Source of the DNA: Massalongia carnosa
Lineage: Eukaryota
Assembly (NCBI GenBank): GCA_965645245.1
Contig: OZ287068.1
Coordinates: 3,534,001 to 3,598,000 of the forward strand
Reading direction: 5' to 3'
Length of the DNA: 64,000 nucleotides
Below the pieces are notes generated by a model. That model did not search any database and was not told where the DNA came from. It saw only the letters and a program-made list of their open reading frames with translations. The stretch's first letter is position 1. Each line of letters opens with the position of its first letter. Below, piece by piece: positions 1-12,000 of this stretch. Both the position numbers and the translations under genes were made by a program.

Positions 1-634
1 AAATGAGGAAAATGGGAAAGGGGTGATGACGCTCTTGCTTGAGAAGCGCGGGGCAGATGTGATGATTACGGAAGAGGTGGTGAAGGCAGCGGCGGGAAAT
101 GAGGAAAATGGGAAAGAGGTGATGACGCTCTTGCTTGAGCAGCGCGGGGCAGATGTGATGATTACGGAAGAGGTGGTGAAGGCAGCTGCGACATGCGGGC
201 AAGATGGGGTCTTAAAAATAATCGAAGAAAAGTTTAAGATCTCCCCTTCTAAAGAAGAATGGTCGATCGCCCAGTTTTATAACGCAGCAAAATTTGGAAA
301 GGCGGATACAATCCAGAAACTACTAGCAGAAGGGGTCAAACCTGATCTAAAAAATTCTCGGCATGTGTCTCCACTTTGGATTTCCGCAGCAAATGGCCAC
401 CTTAGAGTAGTTCAACTACTACTTCGTACTAAAATTGTCGACGTCAATGCGAAGAGTATATATGGGCGGCCTCCTATCTTTTGGGCAGCAGCAGAAGGTA
501 ACGAAAATATCGTGAGACTATTGCTGACAGCAGGGGCAGATCGTACTCTCGAAGATATAGATGGAAAAACTCCGCTGTCGGTGGCCAAGAAAAATGGACA
601 TGACAAGATTGCAAAAATGTTGTCTGGTGGGTAA
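1..634 (+). CDS. 3' end of NLR-type gene (32-aa ITEEVVKAAA repeats + ankyrin repeats), paralog of the gene at 22793-25743; truncated by window start
   Basis: 96-bp repeat unit (gtgatgacgctc at 23 and 119), then ankyrin motifs (SPLWISAANGHLRVVQLLL, PPIFWAAAEGNENIVRLLL, TPLSVAKKNGHDKIAKML). Near-identical to the reverse complement of 22793-23426. Confidence 0.9.
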   Translation, partial: NEENGKGVMTLLLEKRGADVMITEEVVKAAAGNEENGKEVMTLLLEQRGADVMITEEVVKAAATCGQDGVLKIIEEKFKISPSKEEWSIAQFYNAAKFGKADTIQKLLAEGVKPDLKNSRHVSPLWISAANGHLRVVQLLLRTKIVDVNAKSIYGRPPIFWAAAEGNENIVRLLLTAGADRTLEDIDGKTPLSVAKKNGHDKIAKMLSGG

Positions 635-1225
635 AAATGCAATGGCCCAGTTGAGAGAAGCTTCTTCATTGTTTATCGGGTTTCGGTGACGATCTCCTTC
701 ATAATGATACGTCGTCTTGAGAAGCGACAGAGTATCTAGAGATCCTGTTAGAAAAGTTCAATTATGCTTGATCTGTCTCATTTGCTCGCACCGTGATGGC
801 TGAACTTCTGACACTTATTGATGCTTGTACAACAGAAAATGTCTATCGCCCTTCAAACTGATGACAAGCCTTGTGACCGGCTCAGGCCGATGACATGAAG
901 AGAGAGATGGAAAACAGTCCATATTCAGTTATACGCAACGAATGCGGCTCTGAGATGAAGTAAGACAATAAGACTTTAGATTGAAAGACAATCGATTTCA
1001 ATATCAGACGCAAATGCGCATTTGACCTTGATCATATCACGTCAGAGAGTTCGATGTGAAGGAAAGCTATCCTTCATTTCGACAATTCAACTAAACGATT
1101 ATTTGTCGTTGAGGTTCATATTATGCATGACACGAATTCCTTCTTGATCGTCAGTCGACGAGCTTCACATCTGATTGAAACATGGCAAGAGAAGGCAGCT
1201 ATTTCAGAAGATGAGCGAAAGGTCT

Positions 1226-1522
1226 TGTTAACCGATTAGACCACACTAATTGGTAGGTGGCCTGCCAATATCACCACTAATAGAAGTGTCACTCGGTTAG
1301 CAAGTGTTGCACTTAGTGAATGGCTGGCTACCGAGTACGCACAAAAGGTGATGGGATAAGATAAAATAGATATTTAGCTAGAGATGATTTCTATCATCAA
1401 CAACCATCCTAGATAAACCAGATCAATTTATTAAATCCAAAACGAGTCTCCTTTAGAACGTAAACCTACCTAACAAATAAGCTGGAAAGCTTACGCATAT
1501 CTAAGCGATAACCAGCTTGATA
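1226..1522. mobile_element. Solo LTR (297 bp), present only in the left arm
   Basis: TGTTA...TGATA flanked by 5-bp TSD ggtct (1221-1225, 1523-1527). The other arm (~22200) has the empty site. Confidence 0.85.
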
Positions 1523-3423
1523 GGTCTAGACTCTGTCGTTGACAGTCCTGTTTCTCCTGTTGATCAGCTATGTGTGACGAGTGCTTTCAGCTCCTGAATC
1601 AGGAGCTGGAAAAGTTAAGCAGGTCCCGATATGGGAGATGAAGAACTTCTTCGCTCTTTACGCCTTTCTGCCTGGCTTCAACGCCTACCAAGCTAACAAG
1701 CAGGTTGCACTACTTTTTGAATCACATTCAATACTGCCCCACACACATTGCTTCCTCATGAAAGAAAGATCCCATAAGATACCTTGTGTATAAATATTCT
1801 CATACTAACGTTGGTACAGTGTGTCTCATCGTGAACATACTAGAAACTTCAGCTGTCTCATTCGCAGCAACTGCACCTTTCCAGTCATCTTATGAATTCG
1901 TCTCATTCGCCCCGACACGCTCTCTCATAGGCTGCTCAGCCTAGCTCACCTATCTCTCCTGCGATTTCAATTGTTCAGTCTGCGTCATCTGCTCCGTCCG
2001 TTTTATCTGCTCCGTCCGGCTCCAGCTACATTCGCAGCAGCCACATGGTTTGTCATTCCTGAGCCATGTTATGATATCGATTCACCTGCGACAACACATC
2101 AGTCAACAGGATGTCGAACAAGTGAAGGACTACGAACACCTGCTACTCAGAATAAAGATTTCGGTAACTCTCATTCGCTTTGCAATCAGCTCAATCGGCC
2201 GCAGTCGTTCTGCAGTCATCATGATTCACTTCTCGACCACCGCATATCATATCAACCATGTCGAGCACAGTTCTCAGCTTTGATACTCTTCAAACCCAAG
2301 AGCGAGCTCAACGAAACAAAATAAGGATCAGCTTCTGGATTTAGACAAGAATCATGGTTGCATCTCAGTGCCTGTTGACTAGGTTGAGAAGTTAGGATAC
2401 GACGGCGTGGGAGAGTTGATATTTTTAGGGGAGTGGGAGGATAAGACGAGAGAGGATGAGAGAGGATGAGAGAAGAAGAGACAAGGCAGAGTGAAGAGAG
2501 GGAGAGAAACAAGCCACGCAGCTCCTACAAAGGATGGCGTTAAGCGTTTTGAAACTTAGAGAATCCTGGTGCGAAATGCGAAATACGGAAAGTGTACCTC
2601 GCACAAGAAATTTGCCACGCTCAAATCTTAGTTTCTTCGATCAGCGTTTTGACACTGTTGAGTATACTGGGTGGGAACGGCCTCCGTGAGGCCATTCCCA
2701 GTGTACTCAGTAACGCAACTGTTTTTAAAAGTCTCAAGAGCGCGGAAGACAAAAAGGTCATTATAAAGGCTATGATGACTTCAATAACTTCTATAGATCT
2801 ATAATATATCCTAATACTCCCCCGCAAACACCACATCCACGTAGTCCCCCATGCTCTCTGCCATTTCATCCCGTAGTCTGCCCATCCTTGTTGACGTAGA
2901 TCCTTCTCTTGTAGCCTCTTGACCCTCGTGTGCGCCAAGGTCAAGCTCCTCCGCGCCCAGCTCAGTCTCCAGCGCCTCCTGCCTAGCTTCCTCCGTATAC
3001 TAGTTCGGCTATGCTGAGAGCTAGTGCGTCGTTAATCGAGACAGCTCCCGCTTTGATTTCGGCACCGCATGGATCTCTCGGACGGCATAGATGTCTCAGC
3101 ACCATAAGGATGTCTCAGCACGGCATAGAGATCTTAGCACCGCATCGATCCTTCGGACGACAGTTAGGTTTCGGATTTGTGTATGCCTTGCTATGGGCCG
3201 CGTTGATGGGGCATACTGGGATGGTAGAGTAGGACAAGGAGAATAGGAAGAAGATATATAAAGAGGAGGTCCCAGACGGTATCCCTCATCATCTCACATC
3301 TCAAGACAATCAAAAAGCATAGCATTTTGATAGCACTGTTTGCAACGTTTTCTTTTCACCCAATTCAAATTTATACAACCACTACACTTAAATTTACTCT
3401 ATTCAAATCCCTCTCCTCCAAAA

Positions 3424-4578
3424 ATGGCCACCCGCATCTCCAACAGAATCACCAAGCCTACCTCCCGCACACAAGGCAGCACTCTAGCCCGTACTAGAAC
3501 TAGAGCTAGGGCAAATCTAGCCAACTCCAACCCAGACGTCGAAGTACCCGACTCACAAGACAGCACGGCAACCCTTCAAAGCCATCCTCAACCTTCTCCT
3601 CTTCCATCTTCAGCGTTTAATTCCTCCTCACAAGGGCCTGTTATACCGGAAACCCGTTCTCGCACCCCTGATGACATTATTGAACTTAGAGCACAACGCG
3701 AAATGTCCCGCAGGGAAGCCGAGGAAAGAGAAAGAGTAAGTCTTAGGCGGGATATCGAAACCCAACAAGCACGTGCCCGAGACGTGGTCCCTGGGCCAGT
3801 AGCCTCAGCTCAACAGCCTTCCCTATTATTTCCGACATCATTTCCACCGCATCGACCAAACTCATTGTATACAGAAGGTATGGATCCTCGTTTTGTTTCT
3901 CTTATGAACGAATATCCCACTATCAAGCCCATATGGATAAAGCAAATCTCCGAGAATACGTTTGACCCAATCAACATTACCAAGCTATGTACCGACATCG
4001 ACGGAGTTCAAACCAACTCTAGATACGTCAAACTCGGAGAAGGTCTGGAAATCGCCACGAGAGAAGAAGATGGCTCCTTAAAAGATATCAAAGGGATAGT
4101 TCATTTGATACGATGTCTCGGGGTATATTGGATGATACTACTACACTTTGCACACCCCGGTCTCCAGATAAACCTGATGAGAGCCTTCATGGCTTATCAG
4201 GACCATCTTCTATCATTATACGCCTTCTACACCTGGGACTCGGTTCGCATCTTTCATTTGAATTTCCACAAATCTCGAGCCTTTCGCGGGATTGACAACC
4301 CGGATGGATGGAAAGAAATGGACCATTCCTTGGAAAGGCATCTTGTGCGGAAACCGTCCGCTTACTTTGCAAAACCGGACGATAATTCTACGGCTTTCAA
4401 AACCTCAGGCGAAAAGATTATCTGTAAGAAATACAACTATGGCAAAGACTGTCCCGTATATTGTAGATTCCAACATGTGTGTGAGAAATGTGGAAAGCAA
4501 CATCGGGCGATGGACTGTACAAATGGAAAAAATCAACCCTCTAACCCAAATTCGATGCCTCTCCCATCAAGGCAATGA
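3424..4578 (+). CDS. gag: Ngaro Gag-like protein with C-terminal CCCH/CCHC zinc fingers
   Basis: ATG at 3424 (MATRIS...); CKKYNYGKDCPVYCRFQHVCEKCGKQHRAMDC. Confidence 0.85.
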   Translation: MATRISNRITKPTSRTQGSTLARTRTRARANLANSNPDVEVPDSQDSTATLQSHPQPSPLPSSAFNSSSQGPVIPETRSRTPDDIIELRAQREMSRREAEERERVSLRRDIETQQARARDVVPGPVASAQQPSLLFPTSFPPHRPNSLYTEGMDPRFVSLMNEYPTIKPIWIKQISENTFDPINITKLCTDIDGVQTNSRYVKLGEGLEIATREEDGSLKDIKGIVHLIRCLGVYWMILLHFAHPGLQINLMRAFMAYQDHLLSLYAFYTWDSVRIFHLNFHKSRAFRGIDNPDGWKEMDHSLERHLVRKPSAYFAKPDDNSTAFKTSGEKIICKKYNYGKDCPVYCRFQHVCEKCGKQHRAMDCTNGKNQPSNPNSMPLPSRQ

Positions 4579-4623
4579 CTAACCGCCCCATTCTTATCCA
4601 TCGCGGAGTCCTTTCCATACACC

Positions 4624-6195
4624 TTGACGGACAATCTAACAAAGATCCCACCGGGCCCATTGAAGAAAGAAGGCTGGGAGAAACATTTGGCCAATCACCC
4701 GGATCGCACTTACACACAAACAATTATCGATATCATCACCTACGGTGCCAAAGTTGGTTATACAGGACCACATCAACTCATTATTAGCGATAATCTTGCC
4801 TCTGCAAATGAGGCACCGGAAGTTCTTACCAATGACCTCGAAGAACAAATAGCTAGTAATCGGTTGGAGAAAGTCAACAACATTCCTTCTTGCTTTATAT
4901 GTTCCCCATTAGGCCTTGTACCAAAGGCTAACGGTGGTTGGCGGCGAATCCATCATCTATCGTATCCGGAGAGTAGCTCAGTCAACGACCACATACCGGA
5001 AGACTGGGGCTCCCTGGAATATACCAGCTTCGACGAAGCCATTAGGTTGATTGAGCAACGCGGGCCAGGGTGTATTCTTATTAAAAGAGACTTTGCGGAC
5101 GCCTTTCGCCACATACCAGTAGCAAAAAGCGATTGGTGGTTACTAGGTTTCAAGTGGCAGGATTCCTTTTGGATGGATAAATACTTACCCTTTGGGCTGA
5201 GAACGTCGCCGTTCCTTTTTGATCTGTTCGCGAAGGGTATCAACTGGATATTGTACAACTGTGGTTGGAAAGACGCTATTCATTACTTGGATGATTTTTT
5301 AATAATAGTCAGCACCGGACCAGATGCTGAAAAGTTTGATCAAGTTTTCCACAACATTTGTAAAGATCTTGGCATGAAAATCAAGCTCGAAAAGAACAGA
5401 ACTGGAACGACTTGCGATTTCCTCGGCATTGAAATCGATACCGCGCTCATGGAAGCACGCTTGCCTTCCGAAAAGTTACTAAAAGCAAAGACCCTAGTAT
5501 CGGCAGCTTTGAATAAAAAAGCCATACCCAGGAAGGAACTCGACTCTCTTCTAGGATTCTTATGCTTTGCAGCCAGAGTGGTAAAACCAGGAAGAGCCTT
5601 TCTACGCCGTCTTTTCAATGCTACGGCAAGCGTAACCTCTAAACTAATCCATCTTAACAAGGACATGAGGGCTGATCTTCTATGGTGGCATCATTTCCTA
5701 CCTAAATGGAATGGCATACATCTGCTCAACCGTACTAGACATACTATGAGAATATGGACAGATGCGTCCGGCTCATATGGTATGGGCGGCTTTATCCTCA
5801 GCGAGGATCAAAATTTGCATAATATACAAGCAGCCCGGCAGGCTTTTAGCACACGCTTTACTACGCGCCTTAGGGCAAAGCATATCAACGTCAAAGAAAT
5901 GACAGCAATTCTTCAAGCTATGAAAAAGTGGCTACCTATATGCAAGGGTAGTCATTTAATCCTCTATTGTGATAGCTACGCTGTCACGAAAGGAGTGAAT
6001 AAAACCTCTATACGAGGCCAAGCAATGCATGCCCTGCGGGCAATTACAATGCTAGCTGCATTATATGATATCCAGATAGAAGCGCGATGGATATCATCCA
6101 AAGAAAATTATATTGCTGATCTCTTGTCTAGAGGACTTTTGAAGAAACTGGCTGACAAAATCCCTCAGTTTCAGGCTCTACCCTCAGCAATATAG
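4624..6195 (+). CDS. pol: Ngaro reverse transcriptase-RNase H
   Basis: SPLGLVPK..WRRIHHLS, KRDFADAFRHIP, LPFGLRTSP, YLDDF; RNase H WTDASG, HINVKEM, YCDS, NYIADLLSR. Confidence 0.95.
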   Translation: MTDNLTKIPPGPLKKEGWEKHLANHPDRTYTQTIIDIITYGAKVGYTGPHQLIISDNLASANEAPEVLTNDLEEQIASNRLEKVNNIPSCFICSPLGLVPKANGGWRRIHHLSYPESSSVNDHIPEDWGSLEYTSFDEAIRLIEQRGPGCILIKRDFADAFRHIPVAKSDWWLLGFKWQDSFWMDKYLPFGLRTSPFLFDLFAKGINWILYNCGWKDAIHYLDDFLIIVSTGPDAEKFDQVFHNICKDLGMKIKLEKNRTGTTCDFLGIEIDTALMEARLPSEKLLKAKTLVSAALNKKAIPRKELDSLLGFLCFAARVVKPGRAFLRRLFNATASVTSKLIHLNKDMRADLLWWHHFLPKWNGIHLLNRTRHTMRIWTDASGSYGMGGFILSEDQNLHNIQAARQAFSTRFTTRLRAKHINVKEMTAILQAMKKWLPICKGSHLILYCDSYAVTKGVNKTSIRGQAMHALRAITMLAALYDIQIEARWISSKENYIADLLSRGLLKKLADKIPQFQALPSAI

Positions 6196-7211
6196 GACGC
6201 GATCCACCCCCATCTTGGTACAGTGAGGTACCTCTAGACGAAATCGCAGCACGATACCTCTGGTGGGGCCTGGCCACTAAGACAAGATCTTTATACACAA
6301 CGGCAAGAAAGGGATACGTTCTTTACTGTAGGGTAAACCTCAACGCGCCACCATTTCCAGCCAACATCCGGACGCTGTCTTCGTGGATCGCAGCGTTGGG
6401 TGAACGACGCCTGCAACCAAAAACTATTAAGAGCTACTTGACGGGCATAAGATCATGCCAGATAGATATGGGCCTCGGTAATCTCGACGTATTTCATCAC
6501 CCGGTGTTAGATCGCATCCTTACTGGCATAAAGCGAAAGAACGGTGAAGCCGAGAAACGTGAAAGGTTACCAATTACTAGAGAGATCTTAATCAAATTGC
6601 TAAGTCGTCTTGATCAAACGAAAGAGAAAGGCGCAAATTTACATGCGGCGTACTGCTTAGCGTTTGCAGGCTTCTTACGAGCCGGAGAATTTACTTACAC
6701 AACGCAAGATGTACTAGACCCAAGCTTTGATCAATGGCACCTCACCAGAAAATCTATTAGGTTCGAAGCAGATCACCTACAGCTCTCTCTACCAGTCTCC
6801 AAAACCGATCCCTTTCGCCGAGGCATAACACTGACAATTGCGGCTACCAACGATGTTGCTTGTGCACTAGCTTCTCTTACAAATTTATATAGGCGATTCC
6901 CAAGTTCTCCGGCCGCACCACTCTTTAAAAACGGTCAGTCCTTCACTCGAGACTACATTACAACAGCGATGAAATCCACCTTAAGGAACTTGGGCTATAT
7001 AGGAAATTTCTCTGGCCACTCGTTCAGAAGAGGTGCGGCAACAACAGCGCGACGGGCAGGACTCACCGAAGACGAGATTCAGATGCTAGGAAGATGGAAG
7101 TCAGACGCATACAAGCTTTACATACAAACCCACCCCACTTACCTTCTTAACGCCTCAAAACACCTTCAAACATTACCCACGGAACCTCACAATCCAGTCA
7201 CTAGGTCCTGA
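6156..7211 (+). CDS. Ngaro tyrosine recombinase (frame open from 6156, overlapping pol end, no AUG at its start)
   Basis: FLRAGEF, SKTD, HSFRRG, GRWKSDAY catalytic signature; frame extends upstream through ARYLWWGLATKTRSLY. Confidence 0.92.
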   Translation, partial: QNPSVSGSTLSNIGRDPPPSWYSEVPLDEIAARYLWWGLATKTRSLYTTARKGYVLYCRVNLNAPPFPANIRTLSSWIAALGERRLQPKTIKSYLTGIRSCQIDMGLGNLDVFHHPVLDRILTGIKRKNGEAEKRERLPITREILIKLLSRLDQTKEKGANLHAAYCLAFAGFLRAGEFTYTTQDVLDPSFDQWHLTRKSIRFEADHLQLSLPVSKTDPFRRGITLTIAATNDVACALASLTNLYRRFPSSPAAPLFKNGQSFTRDYITTAMKSTLRNLGYIGNFSGHSFRRGAATTARRAGLTEDEIQMLGRWKSDAYKLYIQTHPTYLLNASKHLQTLPTEPHNPVTRS

Positions 7212-9097
7212 ACAACACCGCAAGCGGGTCGTTCCATGTTGGGGATTGGGAGTCTGTTCACAGCCCAAGGCCTGCGAGAGGGTCTTACATTAGTAGACAG
7301 CAAGGCCCTTATCGAGTCCCCCTCTCGAGGCCGGGGGCTGTGAGCAATAGCCCAAACATACTTAGTAGCAATATAACGAGATTGACACGAACTAGCTAGT
7401 TCGGCTATGCTGAGAGCTAGTGCGTCGTTAATCGAGACAGCTCCCGCTTTGATTTCGGCACCGCATGGATCTCTCGGACGGCATAGATGTCTCAGCACCA
7501 TAAGGATGTCTCAGCACGGCATAGAGATCTTAGCACCGCATCGATCCTTCGGACGACAGTTAGGTTTCGGATTTGTGTATGCCTTGCTATGGGCCGCGTT
7601 GATGGGGCATACTGGGATGGTAGAGTAGGACAAGGAGAATAGGAAGAAGATATATAAAGAGGAGGTCCCAGACGGTATCCCTCATCATCTCACATCTCAA
7701 GACAATCAAAAAGCATAGCATTTTGATAGCACTGTTTGCAACGTTTTCTTTCCCACCCACCCACTCCAGTTCTTCTGTCGCTTAGATAGAGGGAGTCTGT
7801 TCACAGCCCAAGGCCTGCGAGAGGGTCTTACATTAGTAGACAGCAAGGCCCTTATCGAGTCCCCCTCTCGAGGCCGGGGGCTGTGAGCAATAGCCCAAAC
7901 ATACTTAGTAGCAATATAACGAGATTGACACGAACTAGTAGTTGTTTATTGCGGTCAGAGCGTAGATTAGGTGAACCTGAGACCGTATTGGGTACTCAGG
8001 CGCGCTCCGTAGAATCTTCAACCTCCTCTTAAAGATCCCAAAGATCCGTTCGACGACGTTGTGGAAAAAGGAGTGGCGGAGATTGAACAGCTCCTTGGAC
8101 GATTGGGGCCTATAGACCATTAGTACCATTCATATAGACTGTAAATCTTACCTTTCTCCAGCCAGCCTCTGCTCCTTGAGATGATACCTCGTGCCCCGAA
8201 ACGGCACCAAGGTGTTCTCCGTATTAGAGTATCCAGCGTCCGCAAGGGGGTACTTCCCTGGAGGGAGCCTCAATCCATGATAGGAGACGGCATCCTTAAG
8301 GACTAGCGCATCATGCGCAGAGCCCTCCCATCCAGCAAGAACGTAACTGAACTGTAGGTCGAACGTAGAGATAGCGAAGATGTCGTCTCGCGATCCATGC
8401 GAAGGTTGTCGTAGATCGATTCGTATGGCGCTGATCGAGCAGTTGCTCCATCCATTACTCGCCGTAGAGACTTGACGCATTGCGCCGATTCCTTGAATTG
8501 AACTGTATATCGTTATAATCCTCCGCGTAGGAGGCAATGACCCAAAAAAACGGCCTCAAGAGTAGAATCGTACAATTGGTCCCAAAATGCCGGCAATGGC
8601 GGACAAAACACCACCAAAAGTGTATGGCGTAACGTCGAAAATTACCGGAGGAAGCGGGCTATCTACGCTGTACACAAACGGGGCCTTAATCAAGCTCGTT
8701 TCAAATGACTCTCACTTCGTATGTTAAATGATGAGGCTACCATCGGTTAGATGGTTAGGCTCCTATCAATATAGGCATCCATCGTGAGTCCCACGGGTGC
8801 CTGCCAGGCATCTATAAGAGGTGCCTAATAGGCAGTCATGGAGGTGCCTAACAGGCAGCTATGGAGGTGCCTAACAGCAGCTATGGGAGGCCTACAGCAT
8901 TACTGTTATGTGACTGCTATAGAAGCAGGTAGATAGCCCACATAGATAATTACCTTCAATGACAATCATGCTATTATACCTACACGTGAATTTTACTATT
9001 CATCAGGTTATGAGCCCGGCTTACCTCTGCTACGTCTGAAAAGCCTCCACATTGATTGTCAAACCATACCTCCGCCTCTCCCATCTGCCCTATCCTT

Positions 9098-12000
9098 TAT
9101 TGTAATTGAAGCTCTGCTGGCATAGTAAAAAGCTCACTTTTGAAACGATTGATCTTTCTATCTACCTATCTAAGGACCGTGTTTATATAGATAGAAAAAC
9201 GTGCCGAAAACCGTTCTCCCTATGACTCACCTTCCTGCTTCCTAGAAATCTAAGATTGGTGATTGACTCATATCCAATTTATGACTCGATGGGAATGTTC
9301 ATAGAAGTTTTTGCGGTGCTTCTCGAGGTCGTTATGTGTTGCCTAATGTTCTTACCAACGCACTAATCCCAATGCGGTACTATGTGACTCTGAACACTTT
9401 ACTAGGCATCAGCCGGGTGACTTTGCACATTACAACACTCCCACTGCAAAGTTGCCAGGTGAGTAATAATATCCTAAACGCCGGTTTCCAATCTGATTTT
9501 GTGTGGCCTATGTGGTCAATTTAGGTGGCCTTATGATGAAGCGTCCTCCATCTTCCTATGCCTCTCTTAGGCCTAATTTCTCGCGCAACTTTCGAAAGAT
9601 AGGTGCCGCCAGTGGTTTAGTGAAGATATCTGCCACCATATCGTGAGTGGATACGTGCTGTATAGTGGCATAGTTGTCTTCAACGACCTCCCGAAGATAA
9701 TGAAGCTGAATATCCATATGTTTGGACCGACTATGGTGCTCAGGGTTTTTTATCAAATCGAGCGTACCCTGGTTGTCGCCATTTAGGATAATTGGTAGGT
9801 TCATATCTTTGGAGAAGTTCAACTCTCCGAACCATCTAGTTGCCCACACTATATCTTTTGAAGCCTGGCACATGGAAGAATACTCTGCTTCCATGGTGGA
9901 TGTGACGACTGACCGTTGCCTCTTACTGGCCCATATAACTGCCCCGTTTCCTAGCATCAGAACGTGGCCATATGATGATTTTCTATCATGGTTATCACCA
10001 TACGCTGCATCAGCATAACTAGTGGGTCCGGTGTCATTGGGTTCGTAGGTAAGTGCCAAATTCGTGGTCCCATTCAGATATTTCATGAGATGGTCTACCG
10101 CGTTTCGGTGCCTAATTGCTGGATCGTGCGTATATTGACTAAGCTTTCCAACTGCTTGGGCAATGTCTGGTCGCGTGTTGATCATCAAAAACATCAAACT
10201 CCCTATCCGTTCTTGATATTCTAATTGGTTTGTCCTAGGTTCGTTGACGATGGCAGGACTGCATGCATCATAGTTGATCATAGGGGTAAGGACTGAATTT
10301 GCTTTATCCATCTTATATTTCTGCAGGAAGCTGCGAATGTAAGATGATTGGTCAATCATTATTTTGTCTTTCTCGCGACGTATGCGAATCCCTAAGATGA
10401 ACTTTGCTGGCCCTAAGTCTTTCATATTATATTCCTTTATTAGTAGACTTTTGAGCTCCTTTATGGCTGTCATGCTTTTGGAAAATATCAGAAAATCATC
10501 AACATAAAGGCTAATGATAACGTGGGTAGTGTGATTAACGAACACACAATTGTCTCCTGAGAGCGCTTTGAAACCAATGGATGTTAGATAATTGGTTATC
10601 TTTTTATTCCATCCTCGGCCAGATTGTTTGAGACCATAGAGGCCTTTCAGAACGCGCAACACATGGTTCGTCAGATGTGGGGGAAGCACCAAGCCTTGGG
10701 GAGGCTCCATATAGATTTCGTCATCTAGGGAGCTTTGCAAGTATGCGTTTGGTGCGTCCATTTGCTCAATATGGAAGTTATATTTACATGCGAAATATAG
10801 GAGCATTCGTAAGGATTCATACCTTAGGGTGGGTGAAAACGTGTCCCCATAGTCTGTCCCGGGGATTTGTTTGAAGCCCCTTGCTACTAATCGTGCTTTA
10901 TAGCGGTCAACATGGTTAGTAGGGGTGTATTTCACTTTGAAGACCCATCTAGCGGTGATGATGTTCTTATCTGCTGGTCTTTCAACATATTTCCATGTAT
11001 TATTGGCGGCGAGAGCATTTAATTCGTCTTGAATAGCAATTTTCCATTTGCGATGGTCAGTGCATTGCATGGCCTGATTATATGACTGCGGCTCGTACAC
11101 TTTGGATGGTTGTTTTGCTATATTTGCCCGGTCCCGGTCCTTTTTGTTTCCATAAGAGTTATCGAATTCGTATCGGTTATACACATCTTTCCTGCGGTTG
11201 GAACGTCTGGTAGGTGATGAAGAAGGGGTCCTATTTGTCTCCTGAGTTTGGTTGTTTTGGTGCTGGGCACCTGCATCATCTTGGTGCAGATTATCCTGAG
11301 CACCTGCATCATCATCCTGATGCTGAATACCATCGCCCTGGTGCTGATCACCATTAGTAGGAACTCCCACTTGATCAGTAGTAGGGTGGTTGGTTGGTGG
11401 TGACGATTCATTGTCATCGGAAGAGTCATCGTCATTTAGGACGACGGACGGGGATGATAGGCCTTTTGTAAGTAAGGATCCCCCCGGTCTTTTTTCATCA
11501 AACTTTATTGAAGTCTGAATTTCCACCTTTTTTGTTTCCACATTGTATAACCTATATTGATTGCTTGAATGATATCCGGTGAATATTGCCTGATATGACA
11601 CATTATCTAGTTTGGAGCGTTTTTCCTTTGGGACATGCACAAAAGAGACGCATCCGAACGTACGAAGAGTGTTGATGTTAGGTCTTAGCCCGGTCCAAGA
11701 CTCATTAGGCGACGTGGTGTTGGTGGTAGGTAAGAAGTTTCTGAGGTGGTTTGCTGCTACTGCTGCTTCCCCCAGAAAGATTGTGGCAATTTGGCCCATA
11801 CCAACATAGACCTTACCATTTGAACAATGGTTCTATTGAATCTTTCGGCGACACCGTTCTGCTGGGGCGTGTATGCGGTGGTTGGCTCCATACGAATTCC
11901 TAATGGCTGAAGTTGCTCTGCGAGATATTTATACTCTTTGGCATTATCAGCACGAAAGCGAATGATTTTGAGCCCCTTTTCCAACTCGACCATTGCCTTC

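Larger units (their letters stand above)
1..2657. repeat. Left arm of large inverted segmental duplication (partner 20581-23426)
   Basis: Colinear reverse-complement match, e.g. ORFs 1971-2324/21405-21755 and 1581-1793/21933-22157. Homology ends at gacactg 2657 / cagtgtc 20581. Confidence 0.93.
3000..7938 (+). mobile_element. Full-length Ngaro-type tyrosine-recombinase retrotransposon with split direct repeats (A1-ORFs-B1-A2-B2)
   Basis: A1 3000-3355 = A2 7396-7751; B1 7248-7395 = B2 7791-7938. Encodes gag, RT-RNaseH and YR; no methyltransferase seen. Confidence 0.95.
2810..8686 (-). mobile_element. PIF/Harbinger DNA transposon relic (internally deleted transposase), split by the Ngaro insertion
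   Basis: Motifs FDLQFSYVLAGWEGSAHDA, LADAGYS, LVPFRGTRYHLKE, KELFNLRHS..VVERIFGIFKRR (7939-8480). C-terminus MGRLRDEMAESM resumes at 2810-2999. PIF-like end TTA|AGGCCCCGTTTG at ~8675-8689; the other TIR was not found. Confidence 0.8.

Noticed and set aside
1581..2324. Small ORFs shared by both arms as real genes
   Set aside because: Their conservation just reflects the duplication; no recognisable domains and mostly non-ATG starts.
3011..3232. Duplicated 73-aa gene (also 7407-7628)
   Set aside because: Incidental ORF within the A repeat.
6156..7211. Phage integrase, Crypton or Starship captain
   Set aside because: Each YR follows gag and RT-RNase H, and one sits within split direct repeats, so these are Ngaro retrotransposons.
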